A DNA stretch of 64,000 nt from Prorocentrum cordatum (GCA_963575745.1 CAUYUJ010000001.1:1054001-1118000); one strand, 5' to 3'. Counted from the first letter of the stretch, positions 1-12,193 are shown. Translations and numbers: made by a program. The notes: a model not told the origin generated them from the letters alone.

Positions 1-275
1 GCTCGCGTTTGCGCCGCCGTGGCCGCTCCGCGGCAGCCGCATCCAGCGTCGACCGCAGCAGCCGCCAGCGCACCTGGCCCGGCTTGACCTCCACGCTGGC
101 TTCGCGCCCACGGTCGGCGGCGCCGCCCCGGCATTCGGCAACAGCGATCTCCGCGAGCACGTCCGCCACAGCGTTTTGCTCCGCTGCACGGCGCCAGGGA
201 TGCCGCGGGCATCTGCGTCCTCGACCGCGAGGTGGGAGTTGACGTGCTCGAGGATGACGGTCGACCAGGCTCGAC
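1..275 (-). mobile_element. Decayed RNase H C-terminal fragment, probably from a non-LTR retrotransposon
   Basis: Minus strand reads VILEHVNSHLAVEDADARGIP, then after a 1-nt shift WRRAAEQNAVADVLAEIA; matches the RNase H V-x-S-H ... N-x2-AD-x-LA motifs. Runs off the window edge. Confidence 0.5.
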
Positions 276-380
276 GGTGGAAGGCAGGAGGAAGAGGAGG
301 AGGAGGAGGAGGAGGAGGAGGAGGATAAGGAGGAGGAGGAGGAGGAGGAAAAGGAGGAGGAGGAGGAGGAGGAGGAGGAG

Positions 381-450
381 GCGGGGTGCGCGCGTGGAGG
401 AGTTGTTGCAGCAGCCAGGGAACCGTGTTTGCGCGGACTGCGGCGATCAG
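381..450 (+). CDS. ArfGAP-PDZ protein, first exon visible (RGARVEELLQQPGNRVCADCGDQ)
   Basis: ArfGAP PGNxxCADC motif; ends CAG|GC donor; no start codon, so the 5' part is probably outside the window. Confidence 0.85.
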
Positions 451-819
451 GCTCGAGGGGGCGGCAAGTCCTCCTTCCTGGTTTCCCCCCCCCTCCCTCA
501 TGCTTCGCTGCTCCTCCCCAGCCCTCACCCCCGCCCCTCCCTCCTTCGACTCCCTCTCACCTCCTCACCCAGCCCCTCATCGTCCCCCTTCTGATCATCC
601 CACTCGCCCTATCCCTGCACAGTTACGCATTATGAATACGACTCTCCTCTCCATCCAGACTCCGTCCAGAAGACAGCCCGTTCTCTCCGCGTGTTTTTTA
701 CACAAGGTTGGACAAAGGTGGTGTTCCCCATGGCCTTTCCCAACCAGTGGTGTTAGATCCTCGCTTTGAATCAGCAGCGCCCCGCGTCCACTGCTCTTCC
801 CTCCTCCTCCCCCTCCTCG

Positions 820-1315
820 TTCCTCGTCGTCATTGTCATCATCAGCATCATCAGCGTCATCGTCAGTAGCGTTACCACTAGCATCACCAGCATCAGCATT
901 CGCATCCGCATCAGCAGCAGCATCAACATCACAGTCGTCATCATCATCAGCAGCATCCTCATCAGCAGAAGCATCATCATCAGCATAATCAGCATCAGAA
1001 TCAGCATCATCAGCAGCAGCATCAGCATCGGCAGCATCAGCGTCAGCAGTATCATCATCAGGATCAGCATCATCAGCATCAGCATCAGCAGCAACAGCAT
1101 CAGCATCAGCATCAGCATCATTAGCATCAGCATCACCATCATCATCGTCGTCAGCAGCAGCAGCCTCAACATGAACATCAGCATCATCATTATCATCAGC
1201 TCCACCATCATCACCAGCATCATCATCATCAGCATCATCAGCAGCAGCATCAGCAGCAGCAGCACCATCATCACCATCAGCAGCAGCAACAGCATCATTT
1301 CCTTCACCATCATCG

Positions 1316-1357
<42 letters not shown>

Positions 1358-1370
1358 GTATCATCATCAT
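820..1370. repeat. Degenerate (ATC/AGC)n microsatellite
   Basis: Direct reading. Confidence 0.95.
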
Positions 1371-1399
1371 ATTTGTGATTTCACGGTTTTCATTTGTGC

Positions 1400-4300
1400 A
1401 GTTCCGCCGCCGTTCGGGTGCTCAAGGCGCAAGGGCCGGCACAGGTGCCGGATGTTCCCACCGTGGCTGGGGCGGGTGGTGGATGTGGCCGGCGTTGGGG
1501 TAGTCAGCTACCTGGCGCGCTGCCCCCCCTGCCCTGCGCCCCCTGCCGCGGCGGGCTGCAACGTGAGCCTGGTGTGTCCGAGCACTCATCCCTGTCCAGG
1601 ACTGCCGACGGTGCTGGGAGGCCCTCACTGGCAGCAGGCTGCTCCACCGCCGACACCTCCATCGGGCTGTCCCTCAGTCGAGGCCTGCCCGAGTGAGCAG
1701 GCGTACGAGTGCAGCGGACAGGGCTTCTCCCTCTTTGTCGTGGGCCTGCTTGTCGGGGTTTCGGTTACGAGTGTTGTGTCCACTGCTGCGCGAGGAGGGT
1801 CTCGAGTCACGTCTCGCCACCGCGTCCCCAGCCTGAGCGTCGAAGCAGGACAAAATGGCGACCATCCAGTGGGTATACGATTGGTACGCAGGCGAGAACA
1901 AGTGGCCCCGTCACCTGAATCTGGGCCGCGATGCTTCGAGCAGGAGAGACCAGTCCATCTACTCAGCGGATGCCGACCTGTACATCATCTCTTTGTCGTA
2001 CAACCCAGACACCCATGGGACGGGGTTCGGGACGTATGCGGTCCCGCCCATCGGTTTTCGGCGCTCCGACGTCTAGCTTCTCTTGCTGAGCCCACCCAGG
2101 TGGAGGTCGCTCAGATGGTGGCCGTGGACGGGGAGGTCGCGGGCCAGGAGTGTCGGAGGAGGGCGGAGCTCGTCAGCGCGGTGCAGGCTGCCGACCACGT
2201 CCCGACGGCACCTCGAGTCGGAGATTATGACATCCTTGCGTTGCCATCGGGGGAGGGCGCCTTCGTAGAGTACAGGACGCCTGCCAGCCTCCCTGGATAT
2301 CGCCAGCGCGCGGTGGCCGCCGACGCCCGCATCCTCCCCGTCACCCTGAACAAGAAGCGAGGGGGGAAGCTGACCTGGACGGTTAAGGGGGAGCTCACTC
2401 GGCGAGAGGAATTCGACGCGGCCGACTGGGGGTTGTTTTCTCCGCGGTCGACGGACTGGCGCACGGAGTATATCCTGAATGAGGGGCTCGGGATCGAGGG
2501 CCATCCGAAGAATTTCCGCTCCATCGACAGGTTGGCCGCGTCGGACTGGGGCGTGCAGGAGGGTTTCCAGCGGATGTTGCCGATCAAGCAGGTGCTATGA
2601 CATGTTCGACGGGACCAATGTTGTGTCGATCGAGACAGAGTCCTGGAGGAAGCAGACCATAGAGTTCGCTCGCGGGGACAGGGCCAAAGACCAGGAGAGC
2701 CAAGGGATCGGGGGAAAGCTCTCCTCGGGGAAACAGGCGGCGCTCTCGGGAGTGAGCCGGGCCGACACCGCCATCATGATCTGTCCCCAGCTCGTCGCAC
2801 ACATGAGGTCCGAGCTCGAGCGAGAAGAGAAGCAGAACAAGAACATGCGTCTGGCGCGCGAGATGCGCGAAGCCAGGCGCAGACATGGGCAAGCCAGGAC
2901 CGGCCGCTGGGGAGAGCAGGCACCCAGGCAGCCGACACCTCACCTGCAGGAGGCCGCCCGCCTCGTCGGCCCCTCGCGCCACCACGCCAGGTCGGTGCGT
3001 TCCTCGTGACGTTATGCCCCTGCCTTTCCTTATGATCTTCAGTGTCAGCGAGGGGAAGGCCCGGGGCATCTCAGCCACGGCGTTCAGCAACGCCTGCGTC
3101 GGCGAGCTATGTTTGAGAAGGACGTGACCCGAGCCGCGGATGCATTAAAGTGGTCGAATGATCCGTCTCGTCGAGATGCGTCATTTTTCAGCAGGTGCCC
3201 TGTCACTTGCCCAGCGCCAGTGCCTCTCGCACATCCAGGGCTCCGCGGGTGATCTTGGCGCGCCTCCGCGAGGTCTGTCCCCCGCAGAAGCGCTTCGGCA
3301 GCTTCGCGCGTGGCCGGGGGCGGCCACAACGTCGACGAGTCGCCCCTCGGAAGCTATGACCCCGCACTCGTCTCCTTGCCGGACGGAGCGGCGCCGCCAG
3401 TGCCACTCGCGGACGCGTGGGGCGATGGCGGGAGATCCAAGGTCGAGCTCTTCGTTCAAAGGAACGCGCTGCGGGCCGACGTCACGACTGCTCAACTCGA
3501 GAGCTGCTCTGTCGAGACTCCTGTTTCCGATCCCCGGCTCAGGCGCGCGCGAGACTGGGAGGGCTTCGTTCATAACCAGCATCATCGCAAGCTTGTGGAC
3601 TACTCACTCGAGGACGGCGCGAGAGTTGATGCATTTGTCTGTAAAAATGAAAGGGTGCCGGCTTCGCATGGCGATCGACTGCAGGCGCAGCAACGTTGTC
3701 TTCACCGACCCCTCCCCCGTCGCCCTGCCCACGGGGGACTCTTTCGCGGCGCTCGAGCTCGACAACCCTGAGGGCGCCCTCACCATCAAGGGGGTCGACC
3801 TAGAGGACGCCTTCCACCACCTCGAGCTGCCCGAGCAGCTCAGGCGTTCTCTCGCGATGCGACCCGCCCTCGCGGGCGCCGTGGGGACATCCGATATCGA
3901 TGGCCACATGATCGCTCGGTCGGTGAAGGTCTGCCCCAGGCTGCGGGCGGCGCCGATGGGTTGGCCGCGGGCCCTGTGGTGGAGCCAGTCCATCATGGGG
4001 CACGTGTCCGAGCACGTCGGCTGCCCCGAGCCTCGGCGGCTTCATGACGGTCGGCCTGCCCCCAGCCTCTCCGAGTTCAGTCACCTCCAGTACGCGGGCA
4101 ACTTCGCGAGCCTCGGTTTCGATTGCAAGGCCGTCCGCGCGGCGGTCTCGCGGGCGGCAGCCGAGCTGGAGCGCCGCGGCCTGGCGGCGGCGATGGAGGA
4201 CCACGCGGGGGAGACCGAGGGCACCTACAGCGCCCTGGGCTGGGACATCGCGGGCTCGGGGGGGCCCTCGGCCTCCCGAGCGCGGCCGCGGCGGGCCCGT

Positions 4301-5210
4301 CTCGCGATCGGGCGCCTGCTGCGCCGCGACCGCTGTCGCGGGTTTGACGTGGAGAAGGTGCTAGGTCACCTCATCTTCATCGCCCTCGTGCGGCGGGAGG
4401 GCCTCTCCCTCTTCGAGGCCTGCTTCAGGTTCGCGCAGACGTCCTACCACGTGGAGGTGGCCCTGCCCAAGGCCGCGCGTCGCCTGGGACGGGCGGGCGC
4501 CGCTGCTCTGGCGGGACCTACGTGTAGGCTGGTCCATGGACGTCGGGGCCGTCGACGCCTCGTCCTGGGGCTTGGGGGCGCGCCAGGCGACCAGGTCGGC
4601 CAGCGCGGCGAGGTCCGCGGGCCGCTTCTGCGAGCGCTGGCGCTTCGGGCGGGCCAAAAAAAACCTCCGCGCCGGCGCGCCCAGGCGGCCAGCCAGCGGG
4701 AGTTGGGCCAGGCCATCGCCGCCGAGGTGGGGGACCCTGCCTTGGGCGGCCCAGGCCCGGCCGCCTTCGAGCCGCCAGCCGAGCGCCAGGCGGCCCCGCC
4801 CGTGGGGCCGCCCCTGGAGCGAGATCTCGCAGAATCCCCAGAGGTTCCCAAAAGTCGGTTGGGTCGCTCGAGCTGGACTGTCACGGGCAGGAGGAAGTGG
4901 GATCGCGCGGAGCCCATGCCGATTCTCGAGGCCAGAGCTGTCCATTATCATATTCGCCATGCCCTTCGGAATGCGACTCATCACGGTCAGAAGATTTTGG
5001 TCCTCGGAGATTCTCCCACGGCCGTCGCCGCCTCTTCCCGCATGCGAGCTCACTCTCACGCGATGCTTCGGATCACGCAGCGCATCTCCGCCTTGTCTTT
5101 GGCCCCCGGGTCCCATCTGTGCGCGAGGTGGTCCCCTGCGGAGTTCAACGCTGCCGATGGGCCCTCAACGGAAGGGGGTCTCCTACGAAGCCTTCGGAGG
5201 TCATCATAGA
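1400..5210 (+). mobile_element. Decayed DIRS/PAT-like (YR-class) retrotransposon: small membrane ORF, gag-like ORF, RT-RNase H; no recombinase seen
   Basis: RT motifs VDLEDAFHHL, PMGW and YAGN (degenerate YxDD/N); DIRS-type RNase H ILEARAV...VLGDS...WSPAEFNAADGPS; gag-like frames 1855-~2900 broken by stops and frameshifts. Confidence 0.8.
3158..5209 (+). pseudogene. Reverse transcriptase + RNase H (pol), frameshifted, catalytic motif mutated
   Basis: Motifs as above; the plausible coding signal switches frame at about 3310-3650 and 4510-4650. Confidence 0.8.
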
Positions 5211-5279
5211 GACCAAGCCCTCCTCCACGCACGGGGCCCCCCAGGTCGGGCCCATCAAGACCAGCATGTGCGTCCCAGG

Positions 5280-5530
5280 CGACAAGCACGACATCGTCAG
5301 TGACACGCGCGACATAATCGGCTAGCACGTCCTCACAGCTAAGCACGACTACGTCAGTGACCAGCACGATATTGATGACACGCACGACACTAATGACAAG
5401 CACGACATGATAGACAAGCATGACACCATCAATGGCAAGCCCGACATCCATGACAAGCACGACATTACAGGCAAGCACGACAGCAGTAGCATGCCCGACA
5501 TCTTCGGAAGCGCGACCGACATCAGCAAGA
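5280..5530 (+). repeat. ~18-21 bp degenerate tandem repeat (gacaagcacgacat core)
   Basis: About a dozen recurrences of the core. Confidence 0.75.
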
Positions 5531-6009
5531 ACCGCACTGTCCGGAGCCACTACAGCCAGGATTCACACGGTATACACAGCATCCTAGAGCCGTCGCTCAG
5601 TTCGTCGCGTCGCTGTTTTGGTTCGGGCTCTTCAGCCCCGCCTCCGACGGCACCGAGAGGATCGGCGGCCCCTTGCCATCCGAGTCTGGCGCCGGGGCGT
5701 GCTCGGACGCTCTCGAGCGCGGAGCCGCTCGCCGCGGGCCCAGCCTACGTCGACCTCGGCAGCCTTGCGACGGGACCTCCTGGTCTTGCAGGGCCGCCGA
5801 GCGCCTCGGGAGGGCCCGGGTGCCGCGGCCGCGGCGGCGGGCTTCTTGCAGGGCGCGAAGCGCAGGCCAGCGGCGGCCGCGGGGCGGGCTCAGGCTCCGC
5901 AGGAGCGGGCCGCCGAGGTCCACCCGATAAAACAGCGCAATGGGCATGGAAGTGAGGGAGGGATAGAATGTGAGATGTGGCGCGAGCGCACCTAGCTTGC
6001 ATCTGCCCC

Positions 6010-6070
6010 CTCTTCCTCCCTCTCCTCCTCCTCCTCCTCTTCCTCCTCCTCCTCCTCCTCCTCCTCCTCC

Positions 6071-6109
<39 letters not shown>

Positions 6110-6221
6110 GCCACCTCCTCCTCCTCCTCCTCCTCCTCCTCCTCCTCCTCCTCCTCAGCATCATCATCAGCATCATCATCATCCATCATTCATCATCCAT
6201 CATCATCATCATCACCACCAC

Positions 6222-6252
<31 letters not shown>

Positions 6253-6296
6253 TTTCATCGTTCATCGTTCATCATTCATCATCATCATCAGCATCG

Positions 6297-6360
<64 letters not shown>

Positions 6361-6560
6361 CATCCTCATCCTCATCCTCATCCTCATCCTCATCATCATC
6401 CTCGTCCTTGTCCTCGTCCTCGTCCTCCTCCTCCTCCTCCTCATCCTCCTCGTCCTTTTTGAGTTGCCCAGACGTGAAGCGCAAGTTTGTCGCGTTCTCC
6501 TCCTCGTCCTCCTCGTCCTCTTCCTCCTCCTCCTCCTCCTCCTTCTCCGCCTCCTCCTCT
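6010..6560. repeat. (CCT)n/(ATC)n compound microsatellite
   Basis: Direct reading. Confidence 0.95.
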
Positions 6561-6941
6561 CCAGTCTCCATCGTCCCCCTCCTCCACCTCCCTTATCCTC
6601 TCTACTCCTCCTCGTCTGCGACGCTGCGTTGTGGCACCTCGTCTGCGGCGCTGTTCTGACTGTGGACTTCGTGCCAAAGAGAAAAATGTGGTCAAGACCA
6701 TGCCCCCTCAGCTTGTTCAGCCCTCTCATATGCGCCCCGTCCTGGAGCCCGAGGACCCTGTAAGAAAACAATCCCACCCCGTCCAGCCCCTCTTGAAGGC
6801 CCTCCAGGGGGGCGAGCTCCGTGCGCCGATCTGCCGATCCGCCGGCGACCTTCACTCTGGCCGCCGCCCACCTCGGAGGGCGGACACGGCCCCTGCGCGG
6901 CGCGCGCCCGTCGGCCTGCCCCCCACCCAGAGGCTGGCTTA

Positions 6942-6962
6942 CTCGAGCCAGAATGGCTACAG
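6942..6962 (-). other. Relict dinoflagellate spliced-leader sequence
   Basis: Reverse complement CTGTAGCCATTCTGGCTCGAG vs dinoSL CCGTAGCCATTTTGGCTCAAG, 18/21 identical. Confidence 0.7.
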
Positions 6963-8293
6963 CTGAAACCCATGCCAAGAAACACCCTGCTTGCCTCCAG
7001 GGTGCCCCGGGGGTGGTTCTTGGGTTTCGATGAACTAGTTCTGGAAAGCGTGACGTTCCCACACCAGAAATCAATGGACGTCCTAGGGTCTCAGGGTTGG
7101 GCTTATTGTGGAAGGTTTCTTGTGATCGGGCCCCTACTGTACATACATACAGGGGGTGGTGATCAGATGGAGCAGCAGCAGCAGCGGGAGCAGTACAGCA
7201 CAGGAGGAGCGGCGGGGAGGGGACGCAGGGGGTGCGGGAGGCGCCGAGGGGCGCAGGAGGCTGCAGAGGGAGCAGGAGGGCTGGGGTAGACGAAAGAGGG
7301 CGAGAAGCAGGAGGAGGGGAGGAGGAGGAGTAGGAGGAGGAGGAGCAGGAGGAGGAGGAGAAGGAGGAATGGAGGAATGGGGGAATGGAGGAATGGAGGA
7401 GGTGAAGGAGGAGGAGGAGGAGGAGGAGGAGGAGGAGGAGGAGGAGGGGAGGAGGAGAAGGAGAAAGAGGCGGGAGGAGGAGAAGGAGGAGGACGCATCG
7501 AGGAGGGATGAGGGAGAAACAAACAGGAAAAGGGATGTTGCAAGCAGGAATGGGGGGGGAGGAGGAGAAGCGGGGGTCAGGGTGGAGGGAGGCGAGGGGA
7601 CGGAAGAGGGAGGACGGCATTGTGAGGAGGAGTGGGAGGCGGAAGGAAGCAAGGTCAGGAGGGCGAGCGATGCGGGAGGAGAGAGGAAGAGTAAAGGAAG
7701 AGGCAGGAGAGGGAGGGAGGGAACGACGACGATAATGAAACTTACGATTGAACATACTGGGGAGAGGTGGGGCCACAACGGGACAGTGCCACGGGAGAGG
7801 GGAGAGCAGTTTTCGGAATGAGTAATTGTGGAGGAATTCTCCACTGCCCCCCTCCTTCCTTCTCCGTCTTCCTGTGCTTGCGTACTTGCACATTCCATTG
7901 AATCGTGTTCCGCGAATTTTCCCCTCGCGTCCGCCAGGGATGCACGGCTTCAGTCAGTCAGGAAAAGGAGAGGTGGAGGGGAGCAGTGGAGCATACGAGG
8001 GGAGGAGGCACTCGGAGAGCAGGACGTCACAGAGGACGGGAGTACCAGGAGCGGATCAGGATGAGTCGAGGAGGCCAGTTGGAGAAGCCGAGGAGGAGAG
8101 AAGACGCAAAGGAGGAGGAGGATGGTGTTTCGGAGGAGGAGGAGGAGGTGGAGGAGGATGGCCGCGCTCGACAAACCCTCTGGCCACTAGCTCGAGGCTC
8201 GCAGGTGGAGGAGAAGATGGAGAGCAGGAGGCGGGAGCCAACGAGGTGGCCCCGCGCCGGCGAGCCCCGCTCCGAGCGCACGGCCCGCCCGAG

Positions 8294-8366
8294 GCGCCGC
8301 GGTGGTGCAGCGTGAGCCTGGGGGTGGCGATCTGCTCCCAGTGCGCCGGCGTGCACCGCAAGCTCG
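8294..8366 (+). CDS. ArfGAP-PDZ exon 2 (APRWCSVSLGVAICSQCAGVHRKL)
   Basis: Completes C-x2-C-x16-C-x2-C-x4-R exactly when joined to exon 1; AG|G acceptor, GT donor. Confidence 0.9.
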
Positions 8367-8384
8367 GTGCCCGGCTGTCCCGGC

Positions 8385-8519
8385 GGCGACGATAGGGGCG
8401 AACAGCCCAGGGGCGGGCATTACGCGCTTTCGCCCGGGAGCTTTGTCAAAGACATGGATCATCGGCGCCCCTGGATACATGTATTGCCCTCCCCTGGGCT
8501 ATTCGCCCCTATCGTCGCC
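8385..8519. mobile_element. MITE with ~29-bp terminal inverted repeats
   Basis: ggcgacgataggggcgaacagcccagggg ... cccctgggctattcgcccctatcgtcgcc. Confidence 0.8.
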
Positions 8520-8713
8520 TCTGACTGTCCGTCTTCCTGGGCCGAGTTTCCACGACCACCATCCACCATCATAGGCCATGGGCGGCCAGCATTCGGTAGT
8601 GCTTTGCTGGGCGTGGCCGGGGCCTGACAGCAAAGCATTGCCACAGATGGCAGTCGTCCCTGGCCTATGGAAATGGTCGTGAAAAGAAGGCCCATCATGT
8701 TTTCGGTACGATC

Positions 8714-8895
8714 GAAATGGGTACGTAAATCATGGGTACGGACGCCAATAGCAGGAGCAGGAGACGCTATCGATGTCGCCGCGGACCTTGTCTGTATTAA
8801 GCAGAAGGCCGCCTGCCCAGCAGCGGCCGCTGTCGGTTTTGGACAGCATCTGCTGTTGAGCATCTTACGTATGTTTTGTTCCTATACCCATTTCG
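8714..8895. mobile_element. MITE family 'aaatgggtacg...tacccattt'; related copies ~15520-15710 (+) and ~18670-18860 (-)
   Basis: Short TIRs plus a shared internal gcggccgctgtcggttt..cagcatctgctgttg segment. Confidence 0.65.
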
Positions 8896-9544
8896 TCCGT
8901 TCAAATGTCTGTCGTCATTGGGGCTCTTCAGCAAATGTTCTCCACCAACCTCTTCTTCCTCCTTTTCTGGAGATTTCTGACGAAATGATGTGCTGTTGAT
9001 CCAGGTGGTGTTCCCTGATACTGGCCCCTGGGGCCGTGTACGCATCCCTGGGCCATCAACAGTGGATCTGGGGCGAATCGCTGGCGCTGGAGAAGGGGTC
9101 GGGACTTCTGGGGCCGCGCATTGAAAAACAAATCGTCGGAAGTTGGGGATTGTGGCGTGGATCCCCTCCGCCACACTCTTCCTCCTCCTCCTCCGGCACT
9201 CCTCCTCCTCCTCCTCCTCCTCCTCCTCCTCCTCCTCCTCCTCCTCCTCCTTCTCCTTCTTCCTTCTTCCGCAACCACACCATCCCTCCCAAGGTGGTTG
9301 TTGCAGCAGGCAGGGGTTCTCGCATCCTTGCCTGTCATCAACCGAGTCGGCCTCACGTATTGGCTCCTTGATCATGGGGCGCAGCTCACAGCAAGGGACC
9401 AGGAGCACCCCCCCCCTCCCCCTCTCTTCTCCTCCTCCCCCCGTCCTCTCGCCCACCCGTACTCCTCACCCCGGTCCCCTGCCCCCTCGCCACCTCATCA
9501 TCACCTTCGCCGCCTCGCTCCCTGCCCCCCCCCGCGCGCTGTCG

Positions 9545-9618
9545 GCACCCACATCTCCTTCGTGCAGAGCGCGACCTTGGACACGTGGAAGGATGAGTGG
9601 GTGGACAAGGTCGCCGAG
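9545..9618 (+). CDS. ArfGAP-PDZ exon 3 (GTHISFVQSATLDTWKDEWVDKVAE)
   Basis: ArfGAP H-I-S-x-V-x-S-x-T-L-D-x-W motif, in phase with exon 2; GC donor; no AG acceptor upstream. Confidence 0.85.
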
Positions 9619-10283
9619 GCGGGCGCGGAGGAGGAGGAGGAGGGGAGGAGGAGGAGGAGGAGGAGGAGGAGGAGGAGGAGGAGGAGGAGGAGGAGGAGGA
9701 GGAGGAGGAGGAGGAGGAGGAGGAGGAGGAGGAGGAGGAGGCGGAGGAGGAGGAGGAGGAGGAGGAGGAGGAGGAGGAGGAGGAGGAGGAGGAGGGGGAG
9801 ATGGAGGAGGAGGAGGAGGAGGAGGAGGAGGAGGAGGACGGAGACGAGGACGAGGAGGAATCAGAGGGGCAGGGGCTGCGAGGGGGAAAGACGGGGAAGA
9901 CCGGGAGAGGGGGAGGAGGAGCAACAGAGGGGGGCGGAGGAGGAGGAGGAGGAGGAGGAGGAGGAGGAGGCAACGGCGGCGGCGGAGGATGCGGATGATG
10001 AGATGCAGAAGGAGGAGTAGGATGACCCTTGGCTGAGATCCTGGCGCCGCAACGTGGTCTGTGGCACGCCCGCCATATGCCGGATCTCGGGCTCCGGGGA
10101 TCCCACTCCAGGCCCCGCTGGGACCGATCAAGATAAGAGAACCCAGCACGGAGGGCAGGTCTCTCCGGGCTGAGTTGAGAGGGCCGCTGCCCCTCGCCGC
10201 GGAAGCGTCGGTCGTGATCGAGCGAGCGGGGGGCGGGGGACAGGAGGGGCAGGTGAGACCCCGCTGATCCAGGCCGTCCGGGT

Positions 10284-10445
10284 GGGGTCCGAGTGGATGG
10301 GGTCGGAGGATCGCGCCGCATCGCCGATGCATGGGCGATGCGGCGCGATGTGCAGGCCGTTTGTGTCCACGCCGACGTCGCCGATGCATCGCCGATGCCG
10401 ATGCATCGGTGATGCGGCGCAAGTCTCCGACTCCACCTAGGACCT
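10284..10445. mobile_element. Palindrome-rich MITE (atcgcgccgcatcgccgatgcat...); second copy 33622-33778
   Basis: Two dispersed similar copies with inverted ends and internal hairpins. Confidence 0.7.
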
Positions 10446-10449
10446 TCGG

Positions 10450-10620
10450 TCGGACCGAGGTAGTATAAGATCGAGGTCGATTGGCACCCTGATGCTATTC
10501 ATGTTTGTTGGATGTTCTTGTGCATCCTGGGGGAGGGTACCCTGGAATACTCTTCAATTTGGCTGGCGGAAGGTCCCGTGTTCTTGAAGGATGTTATTGT
10601 GTTCTAGGTTTGGCCGCACT
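10450..10620 (+). mobile_element. ~170-bp dispersed repeat (taagatcgaggtcg...cttgaaggatg...ggccgcac); copies ~43530-43705 and ~53898-54090
   Basis: Three alignable copies in the same orientation, weak TIRs. Confidence 0.75.
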
Positions 10621-11895
10621 CGGACCGCATTTGGGAGGCCTCTGACTGAGACGGCTCCAGGCAGCGCGAACGAACATGCACGGCCAGCTTGGGGGAGTGC
10701 GGCTCATCTGTTCGCCGTCTCGCGAAGCGGCCCGTCGGCCACATGCCCCCCTGGGCATCCTCGCACGAATCAAGAAAAGGGTTCGAAGGAGTGACAGCTG
10801 GGGATGGGTTCAGGGGGAAAGCATCGACCCCTAAACGCTCAGTCGTCGCCGATGGGGGCCTGATAGGCCATATGGCCTACACCCTGCCCGCTGGAGCGTC
10901 TGGGTTCGCGATCGGAAGCCTCTCGCCGATCCAGCGGGGATACATCGCCGACCCTCCCCCCGAGCCAGTCCTCCCCTGTCGCTCCCGCTCAGAGAGGGTC
11001 AAGGGCAGGGGGGAGGGTATACAGCACGGGAGCAGGAGGGGCAGGTTCCAAGATCTCCGGCCGTACGATTTGTGTCAGTGCGCAGCTCCAGAGCTCCCGA
11101 TCCCTTCCTGGGGGGCAGTTTTTCGCCCGGGATCCCTTTTTGATGGCACCGCGGCACGAAGCGCCCGGATCAAAAAAACAAAAAAATCAAATGATCGTCC
11201 GAGATCTGGGCCCCGCCGTGAAGAACGCCGGCACTTGAACGAATCGTATCGTCGGACGTCTGGGCGCAGCCGAGGAGCAGGAGGGGCGGGTGCCTCAGCG
11301 GAGCCGCCGGGAGGGGAGCGAGTTCCGAGGCGGAGGCTCATCCACGACCCCCGCCCAGAGGGGGATCGATCTTCGGGGAGATCGGCAGGCGGCGGATCTG
11401 GATGTAACTGCTCGGGCCCTGGCGGGGCCAGACGCATCCATATCCACCGCATGCCAAGGTCCCCGAGGATCGATCCCCCCATGGAGGGGTCAAATCGGGA
11501 GGTCTCCAGGAGCCTCTGGAGACAGACAGAACACACACGCAAAACAAAACAAAGCAAACAGAGACATGCTATCGAGCGTGGACTCGAAACAGTGGATTAC
11601 TACACTGTGGAGGTTTGAAAGCCATGTGGCCCGAGCCATGTTGTGAGCTGTGGGACATGCGGGGCCAGAGGCCCCCAGGATGGGCCGCGCGCAGAGGGTG
11701 GCACAGGCCTCGGAACAAATTAGCGAACACTCATGCCACATTCATCCGTCAACGCCTCCCCCTCCCCCCCATGTTCAAAGTTGGCGGTGGGTCTGATGAG
11801 ATGCACTGCGGCCGCAGTCCCCCCCGCGCGTGCCAACATTGAGTTTGGGGGGGATGGGGGAGTGTTCAGTAATTGTTTCCCTCTACCGTAGGTAG

Positions 11896-12000
11896 AGGGG
11901 GGGAGCTCCCCTGCCTCTTAGAGGGCGCGGGGCCTGGTCTGTAGCTGTGGGGCCGGCGCCTTCTGAGAAGCAGCCTCCTTCTAAGAAGCCCTCCCCCCCC
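11896..12000. mobile_element. ~110-bp palindromic element with TTC-N3-GAA motifs; copies 29443-29505 (partial), 29958-30068, 62623-62734
   Basis: gagggcttcttagaag...gaaggcgc / gcgccttct...ttctgagaagccctc arms, clearest in the 62623 copy. Confidence 0.8.
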
Positions 12001-12193
12001 CCCGCTGCCCCCCTGGGCGCGCGCCATCAACAGAGGCCCCCAGAAGACCGACGGCGCCGCCTGCTCCACATCCACACGGCCGCCGGCCCCCACGGAGCTC
12101 CGGGCGCCGCCGTCCACCGTGGCCCGTTCCTTTTCTCTTGTGGGTCGCCCGGGCGGGCCGCCGCCGGCAGTCCCGGGGCCAGGCCGGGGGGGG

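Noticed and set aside
1452..2600. Single 382-aa protein
   Set aside because: Appears to be a chance in-frame fusion of the membrane ORF and a frameshifted part of gag
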